Source of the DNA: Fonticula alba ATCC 38817
Taxonomy: Eukaryota > Protista > Nucleariida
Assembly (NCBI GenBank): GCA_000388065.2
Contig: KB932205.1
Length of the DNA stretch: 38,350 nt
Strand: one strand, 5' to 3'
Shown: in pieces, positions 30,991 through 38,350 of the stretch
Layout: every line of letters starts with the position of its first letter
Numbering within the stretch: position 1 is the first letter of the stretch
The notes under the pieces: model-generated
Told to the model about the DNA's origin: nothing
Seen by the model: only the letters and a program-made list of their open reading frames with translations
Databases searched by the model: none
Made by a program: the position numbers and the translations under genes

Positions 30991-33118
30991 ACTTGGATGG
31001 CAGCAGCCACACGTCGTGCCCCAGGCCCCTCTCTGGCGGGGGTGTGGTCCGATTAAGAGTGGAGATCAGATGGGTTCTGAAATCGAAGCCGGTGCTACAG
31101 CACCGCCGGGAGCTATACCCCACAGGCCCCGTGTTAGTCCTTCTCTCCGAGGCAGGCGTCTATCTTATGTCCTTTGCCGGCTTCCAGTAGCGTGTCGGGT
31201 GGAAGCACTGGAACACCGGGCACGAAAAGATCCAGGTCATCACCGCCGCAGTTCCCCTATGAAGAACACCCCGAGCCATGTGGCCCTTGTATGGGGAGGG
31301 TGGCCTCCTGGCATGCGCATGATCCGTGTCCCCTCAGTCCGAAGAGCGCTTTGATAGGTTGTTGCTGCTTCTTGTTTGGGCAAAAATGATCGGGCCCTGA
31401 GGCGCGACAGAAAGGGTAGCCCTCCACCGGATGCTGCGAAGAATAACTGGGGAAATTGCGCGTAGACATAGGAGCAGCACCCTTGCCTTACTTCGCTAGG
31501 GAAGAGGAGAGGGAGGGGGGGGGGCGGGCAAATCCCAAGCCTGTTTTCTCCGCGAGGCTCGCGCTTCCGGCTCGCTGTCCCCGCCTGTCCTCCGGGCCCC
31601 GGGAGCCATTTGACCATTGTGACGTCAGACAGCCATGGGCAGAGGCCAGGGCCAAAGTAGAGGCCACTCACGAGCATACCCCCTGTCGAAGCTGGCCGAG
31701 GCGTTCACAAGGCCCACCTTTTGGGCTCTGTGTGCTTCTCCCAGGGAGGCCACCCGCCCGTGGCACACATACGCGCGCGCACAAACACATACGCGCGCAC
31801 AAACAAGTGGCGCCCTCGAGCGGTATCAGGCTCGGTCGCACTCCTTGGGCGGTCGCTTGCCGGCGATTATGGAGTTCAGGGTTTCACGAATTTGCCCGGG
31901 GTGATGGCTCCCTGGCTTGGTGAGCATGTGTGCATGGCGAGAGCCATCTTCAGGGACCTCTGCTTCTGAACAGCAGGCGAGGCTCCTGCCCGTGAGGGCA
32001 TAAGGGGGGGGGGTATGGGGATGCGTGCTGCCTGCCTCTTGGTGCGGCCAATCCAGCGGGAAATGCCGATCCCTGGGACCCCCCCCCCGCCTCGCAGTCA
32101 CCAATCTACCTCCCCTACAGTATTGACCCGCGCCAGACATTGTCCTTCTTCCCTCCATCCCCGACCGTACGCGCGCGCACCCAGACCCCATCCACTCTGC
32201 TTGAAGCCTGCGGCGATGATTTCCGACAGCCGTGGCGTCGTGCCGCCCTTTCGGTCGGATTTCCCACGTTCCGCCCGCGGTGGCCCACAATTCCCACGCA
32301 CAGGCGCGTCGGCTGGCCCGGGATGTCCGGGTGGGTGGGATCCAATCCATACGGAAAATTCCATTAAGAATGCACGAATGTTAAAGTGTGTTTGCACCCC
32401 GGGCGTCCTGCCCCTTTCCTCGGTTAAGATGACGAGAGAGGGAGAGCGAGCGAGAGAGACAGAGGCCGAAGAAAAGGCACAGAGGACCGAATCGGGATCT
32501 GGGCCTTTGGACGGACCTTCCGGGAGCCTGGGACGCGCTTCCGGACAATCGTCTTGTCCGATGCCGTCCCACTGCTCCCCCTCCGGCACGATCAGCCAAC
32601 CGGAGCCGGATGCCGAATGTATCCACCCGTCGGCGCGCTTTTCCCTGGCGGCCGGCTTTTCTTCCCGGGCCGAGGCTCCTCCGCCACCTCACGGGGACCT
32701 GGGTGCTTGGTTGGCCTCCCCTCGGGAGCAGGGGCATTGTTCCAAATACCCTGAGCCCTGCCTGGGCACGCTCGGCCCGGCGAATATTGGGGCAAAAAGC
32801 GCGCGTCGCGCCTCTTCCCCCCCCCCCCCCCCCCCCTCTTTCGCTAGTGTACCCTCGATTGTTCCCCCTTCTCTCCCAGCTCGCCTGTACCCTGTCTTCT
32901 ATACGCCCTCCCTGCCTCTCTCTCTCTCTCTCTCTCTCCCTCGCTCTCTTCTCCAGTGTCTGGCTCTCTTGCCGTGGCATGTTACTCGGGCAGCATGGCG
33001 GTGCCCTCGCCTCGCCATCGGGTACACCTCGCCCCTCCTGACGATCGCGTCCCACCTGACGGCCGAGATCCTGACCGCCACGCCACTTCGCCTGCCATGG
33101 GCCTGGCTTGTTGGGCAA

Positions 33119-35388
33119 ATGGCTGCCGCAGGCCAGGCGGCCATCGGTGCGAGCCCGGAGCCCCCGGTCTCCGGGAGCGCCGTCAAGGTCCCCTACACGC
33201 AGGACCCCGGCGCCGGTGCGGCCCCCGACATCCAGGAGTGTGACATCGAGTGCGATGAGATGCCCGCCAAGGTCCTGAGCAACATCCACTCGGCCGTCAT
33301 GGAGCGAGTCACCTCCCTGGAGCCGCCAGTCCGCGAGCCGCCGTTGGTGCACTTCCTGCCTGACTATCCGGAGGAGGAGGCTCCCACCGACAGTGCCAGT
33401 GTTCTAATGCGGCAGTGGCATTGCCACATGCCGCTCAGGGGCGCCCTGCCGGATTTGCACCCCCTCACCCGGTCCCCTGTGCCCTTGTCCAGCCTCGGCT
33501 TCTTCCCGGCGGAGGCCGATCTTGGGGGTGCGTCCACGGAGGGCCCGCCGGAGTTGCCCCGCGCCCGGCCCTCCGACAAGGGCGACTTGTATTCCTTCTC
33601 ACAGGCATGCCAGCTGGGTATTGTAACCATGCGCATGCCCCTGGAGGATGGCCTGACCGAGGAGGATGTGGCAGTCTTGCTGCATGACCGGCAGTTGGTT
33701 GTCATGGTGAGTGATTCGCCCGTTGTCTTCGGCACGCTCTTCGCCTCTATTCACCCGCGCAACTCCTGCTGGTCGGTATGCTGCTCCCTGGATGGCGCGG
33801 TGCTCCTGGTGGAGCTGTGCACCGTTCGGTCGATCTCCTGGCCGGTCCTCCTGACCCCGGGCCCCAACAATGTGCGCCACATCCGCCGGCTGCCCGCCCG
33901 TGTGTCCGATTGGCCTTCGCGCCCTGACGCCCCTTTGTCATCCCCCGCCCGCCTGCTCCTTCCTCATTGCCTCCCTCCGCCCCCCTCGACCATGGGTGTT
34001 GGTGTCTTCGTGTGCATGTGCTCCTCTCGTGCCTGCTCGTCCTGCTGCTTGCCCAGGCGATGGATGCCCACTCGCGATATCTCCTGGCCCTTACCCAAAC
34101 CGGCCCCGAGGCTCGACTGTCCATGCTCGCGGCAGCCAAGATGGTTCGCACATCGCCATCCACACCTGACACGCATTGCCCCGGGCCAGGGAACAAGCAA
34201 GGGCGAAGTTCCCCCCCCCCTCCCCCCTCCCCCCTCTCAGGGCTGCCGCTGACCTTTCCCACTTTCTTGACCGCCCCTCACCGGGGCTGGCCACCTCTTG
34301 TGAGACAGGCCCATGCCAAGGCCATCCGCGTCTTCCTCTTATCCTTCCCCACCGCGCACAATCGGGAAATGTCTGCCCGTGAGTTCTGGGACTATTGGGC
34401 GGTCCTGTCGGTCGCGGTCGAGGGGGGCTGCGATAAAGCCTGCCTGACAATGGCCCTGCTGTACCTGCAGGGCCACACACACATGTCGCCAAGTCCTCGC
34501 TACGCTCTGGCCCTGTTGGAGGCCTACACGGATCGGGTGCCGCGGGTCACCATGCCAGACGGTACCACACAGCCACTTTACCACCTGCCCACCACGGCCA
34601 CCAACCTCATGGCACTGGCACACTTCTTGGCCGGGGCCATCCATGAGGCTGGGGTGGACGGCCCGCGGAATGTCAGCGAGGCGGCCGGGCATTTCATCCG
34701 GGCCACAATGCATTTCCTCAGTTCGTGCTCTTTTCCGGAGGATTCCTTCTCATGTGTTTGTTTGCCGGCATCTTCCCTCCGGTTGGCTAACCCGTGCCAG
34801 CATCCTCCTCCCTGCCTCTACATATGTATATATATATATACATATATCTCCCCGTCCCTCCCCACCTGCGCCCTGGCGATGGATCCAGCTCCGGAATTCC
34901 ACAATATATGCTTTCACATCCTCACGCATATGAAGGGGACCGACAGGCGGCTGCTTTTCCTGCTCATGTGGTTCGTGAGTGCCTCGCCGGAAGACGACGT
35001 CTGGATGTATCTCAAGAAAATGCCCATCGGGGCGCCCCTGGCCGCGGCCTGCCTGCTGTTGCCATGCCCATCCCGTCTACGAGCTGCACTACAGGAGGGT
35101 GTTCTGGACCGGGTGGCCGCCGAGGCGGCCCATCTTCCCGACACCTTTGCTCGCCAGATGTCGCCGACGCTTCTTCAAGTGGCATCAAGCTTGCTCAGCA
35201 ATGCGGTCTTCCCGATTGTCGAGCATGAGCCCCGGCTAGTGGGGCTGTCTTTCTTCCTTACCCGCGTGGAGGATGACCAGTCCAGGAAGACATCCTGGTG
35301 GTCCATGCCAATGGTGCTGCCGGCGCTCGGGCTAAGCGCAGCGGCCCTGGCCACCGGGGTGCTGATTGCCCTAAATAATCGCCGATGA
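33119..35388 (+). CDS. Paralogue B: CS/p23-like domain, Sel1-like repeats, C-terminal tail anchor (start uncertain)
   Basis: Exons 33119?-33871, 34057-34143, 34309-34720 and 34889-35388. Motifs EEDVAVLLHDRQLVVMV..VVFGTLFASIHPRNSCWSV, AMDAHSRYLL, ACLTMALLYLQG, ALAHFLAGAIHEAG and PIGAPLAAACLLLP. Ends with LPALGLSAAALATGVLIALNNRR*. Confidence 0.85.
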
Positions 35389-35823
35389 GGCTTGAGCCCG
35401 TCCGGCGCCCGGTTGTGTCATACCCTGTGTGCTAGTATGCTGTCTTTCCGGGCCCGGGCCTGATGCGCGTGTTGCATCACAGCTGCAGAGTCCGTGCGAT
35501 CTAACTCGGGGGGGGGGTACTTGGTAGCGAGGCGCGGATCGCATGGACAGAAGGCGAAAGGGGGAGATGAACAGATGGCCGAAGAGACCAGGGGGCAGGG
35601 GGAGAGAACCCAAGCGACAAGGAGGCCAAGGGGGATGGAAAGAGATGGGGAGAGATGGCAAGGGCGAGAGAGATGGAGTGAGAAGGAGGCTGGTCCCGCC
35701 ACGAGCTTGCTATTTGTCGTCAAGGCGTGTGGTAGTTGGCGCGTGTTCCATCCATCTGGCGCCGTACAATGCTCACTTTTGTTCCCCAGCCCCGAGGCAA
35801 CAAAAAAAAAAAATAGCCTGCCC

Positions 35824-38350
35824 ATGGACAATCTAGATCCGGGTGCCAATCGTGGGACGACCGCCGCCCCCTGTCGCCCCTTGGCCACGATCAGCCACAC
35901 TGGCCAATTAGATGGGCGGGTTGTGACGGGCCCATGCCGGGATCGTGCTGCGTTGGAAGATCGCGCTCGCGCGCAACAATCGAGATACCCAAAGAAAGCC
36001 CGCCTGGTTGTGATGGAACAGTCTCGCACCGATCTGTCATCCTTGCCCTTTGATTGCCTCCTCCTCCTGTCTCGGCCCTCCGGCCCACCTTGGTCTCTCT
36101 CTCTCTCTCTCTCTCTCCCTCCCTCTCTCCCTCCCTGCCCCCGTCCGCCCCACGCCTACTTCTCCCAGGAGGCAGCCCGTACGATGGCCTTTCTCGATGC
36201 CGGCGCAAGGCCGCCTGGCGTCACGAGCGCCATGTTGCACCGGGTAACCGTGTCGTCGGAGCCACTGGCCAAGCTCGGACTCCTGCCCACCTGGGCGTCG
36301 CTGCGCATGCCCGACGAAGAGACGGCCAAGCCGCGGTCCCTGAGGCGCTTCGCCTTCGCCAGCCGCCCCACCTACGAGTTCACCTGCACCCCGGAGTTGG
36401 GTCTGATCCAGGTCCGGGCCAATTCGCTACTTCCTTTTACCGAGGCCGACATCCAGGTCTTGGTGTATGGCCGCCAGCTGGCGGTGACTGTCACCGGGAA
36501 ACCGATCATCTTCGGCACGCTTTTCAGTCGCATCAAGGCCGGCGCCTGCCGGTGGTCCGTGTCCTCGGGCGGTCTGTTGTCAAGCTTCTACTTGGAGCTG
36601 ATCACCGAGGGCTCGGCCGACTGGCCGGTCCTCCTGATCCCAGGCCGGGCTAATGTGCGTCGCTCTGCCCCGGAGGGGCATGCTCCCGCCCTACCACTCG
36701 CCCCCATCTCCGTCCCTCCCTCCCTCTCTCTCTCTCTCTCCCTCCCTCTCTCTCTCTCTCTCCCCCTCTCTCTCTCTCCCCCCCCTCTCTCTCCCCCCCC
36801 TCTCTCTCTTCCTCCCTCGCTCGCTCCCTCGCTCCCTCGCTCCCTCGCTCCCTCTCTCCCTCTCTCCCTCCCTCTCTCTCTCCCTCCCTCTCTCTCTCCC
36901 TCCCTCTCTCTCTCTCTCTCTCGAGCGCGCGCGCGCCCGTTCGCCCTCTTCTTTCATCGGCTGCTGGCGGTTCTAACGTCCCTTCACCAGGCCCTCGACC
37001 CACACTCGCGGTACCTCCATGCCAAACGTCGGGGCCCCAAGGCCGGGCGCAGGTCCATGCATCTGGCCGCCATGCAGGTCCATATCCACAATTTATTCTC
37101 CTGCCTTCTTTCCTGCCTCCACCTCTTTTTTATCTCTCTCCCTCTCTCCCTCTCCCTCTCCTCATTAGCCACCCACTACTTATTCCTGCCCATCGCTCCG
37201 CCACCCGCTGCCTCCCGTGCATTTGCTTGTGTCTTGGCCGCTGGCCACCCGACTGCGGTTTGCGTGCGCATCCACCCGCCCCGCCTGCCGACATACAGGG
37301 CCACATTTGGGCCCTGGACATTGTGCTCCGGAGAGACCTCACCAAAAGCAGCGACCACATGTCGGCGACCGAATTTCAGGACTTCCTGGCCCTACTGGAT
37401 GTGGCCGCCGACAGTGGTAGCCTGGTGGCGTGCCTGACCTTGGGACTGCTCCACCTCCAAGGGCACCCCCACCTGCCGGCGAGCCCGGCCCGGGCCCTGC
37501 CCTTCCTCGAGGCATGCACCCGACAGGGCGAAACCGGCGAGGCCGAAGCCGGGCCCCTGTCGCCAGTACTCCGCATGGCCAGTGAACACCGGCGCTTTCT
37601 GGCTCTCGCACATATCCTGACCGGCGCCATCTACGAGGCCGGGGTCGATGGGCTTGAGCGCGATGTTGGCCAAGCCCGTGCCCACTTCCTGGCGGCCACG
37701 GTCTCCAAGCCCATCGGTGCGTGTATTCGCCCCACCTTCCCTTTTCGTCGTCCCTGTGCATGGGCCCCGTCCCCCCCCCCCTCATATTGCTGATCGGACC
37801 CCCCCCCCCCCTCTTTCACCTCCCCTTCCACTCGCCGCCTTTTTTGCCTCTTTCCTCGCCATCTCCCCCGCCCCTCCCCCCTCCGGCTCCAGCGAGTCAA
37901 ATGCGCAACACATGCTTCCATATGGTCGCCCACCTGGCGGATTCTCCCACACGGGAGGAGGATCTTCAGGCTTGGCGCGAAGATCCTTTGGCGGGTGGTC
38001 AGGCGGTGGTCTTCGAATCGCCCATGCCAATCGGCGCCCCGCTGGCCCTGGCGTGCCTCCTCCTGCCGGCGCCCGAGCGACTGATGGTTGCTTTGAAGGA
38101 CACGGTCTTGGCCCGGGTGTCGGCTGCGGCTGCCGACCACCCGGCCGGCCTGCTTCCTCGGCTGTCGCCGGAAACCCTGGACCAAGCCAGCCAGCTACTG
38201 GCTCGGTCTGTGTATCGTAGCCCGGCGGGGGCCCCTCCGGCCGGGGATCTGCTCTCCTCGATGGGGCCGACAGCCCCTCCTGCTCGGTCCCCGTGGCTGG
38301 CTGGCGGAGCCATCTTGGGGGCGGTTGTGGCCGTGGCGGCGGCGGCCGCC
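35824..38350 (+). CDS. Paralogue C: CS/p23-like domain, Sel1-like repeats, C-terminal TM (runs off window end; start 35824 or 36184)
   Basis: Exons (35824-36006?), 36169-36654, 36991-37077, 37299-37716 and 37893->38350. Motifs EADIQVLVYGRQLAVTV..IIFGTLFSRIKAGACRWSV, ALDPHSRYL, ACLTLGLLHLQG, ALAHILTGAIYEAG and PIGAPLALACLLLP. The TM PWLAGGAILGAVVAVAAAAA is cut by the window edge. Confidence 0.85.

Noticed and set aside
31150-31245. Minus-strand GTGATGA near 31240
   Set aside because: No downstream CTGA or recognisable guide.
30759-32800. ORFs between paralogues A and B (for example 30759-31190 with CVCVCV and GQMPP repeats)
   Set aside because: Derived from microsatellite and minisatellite sequence; no coding signature.
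1-38350. Mobile elements, tRNA or rRNA genes; abundant poly-G/C runs as G-quadruplex signals
   Set aside because: No transposase, RT or integrase motifs, terminal repeats, cloverleafs or rRNA sequence were seen. G runs are ubiquitous in introns and spacers here, so none stands out individually.

Overview
GC-rich, intron-dense eukaryotic genomic DNA from a draft assembly with six N gaps. Introns are short, with GTGCGC/GTACGT/GTATGT/GTTCGT donors, pyrimidine tracts and many microsatellites. The style and gene set suggest a unicellular opisthokont such as Fonticula; this is inference only. Hand-spliced genes, in order: (1) a minus-strand CRIB-PDZ-MYND-Ala helix-MYND-PQQ-like protein running off the left edge; (2) a Cys-type glutathione/thioredoxin peroxidase; (3) RFC3; (4) a FIGNL1-like gene that stops just before its AAA domain; (5) NPRL2 (GATOR1), colliding tail-to-tail with FIGNL1; (6) an apparently non-coding, TATA-driven spliced host transcript carrying an intronic H/ACA snoRNA and an intronic C/D snoRNA whose guide matches the LSU rRNA site of yeast snR71/human SNORD29; (7) HACD/PHS1; (8-10) a tandem trio of paralogues with a CS/p23-like domain, Sel1-like repeats, an unrecognised conserved domain and a C-terminal tail anchor, the first with several hundred residues of Glu-Val-Ala-Thr repeats. 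Most ORFs in the supplied track are shadows of GC-rich or repetitive DNA. rRNA and reference-protein sequences are quoted from memory and need database confirmation.
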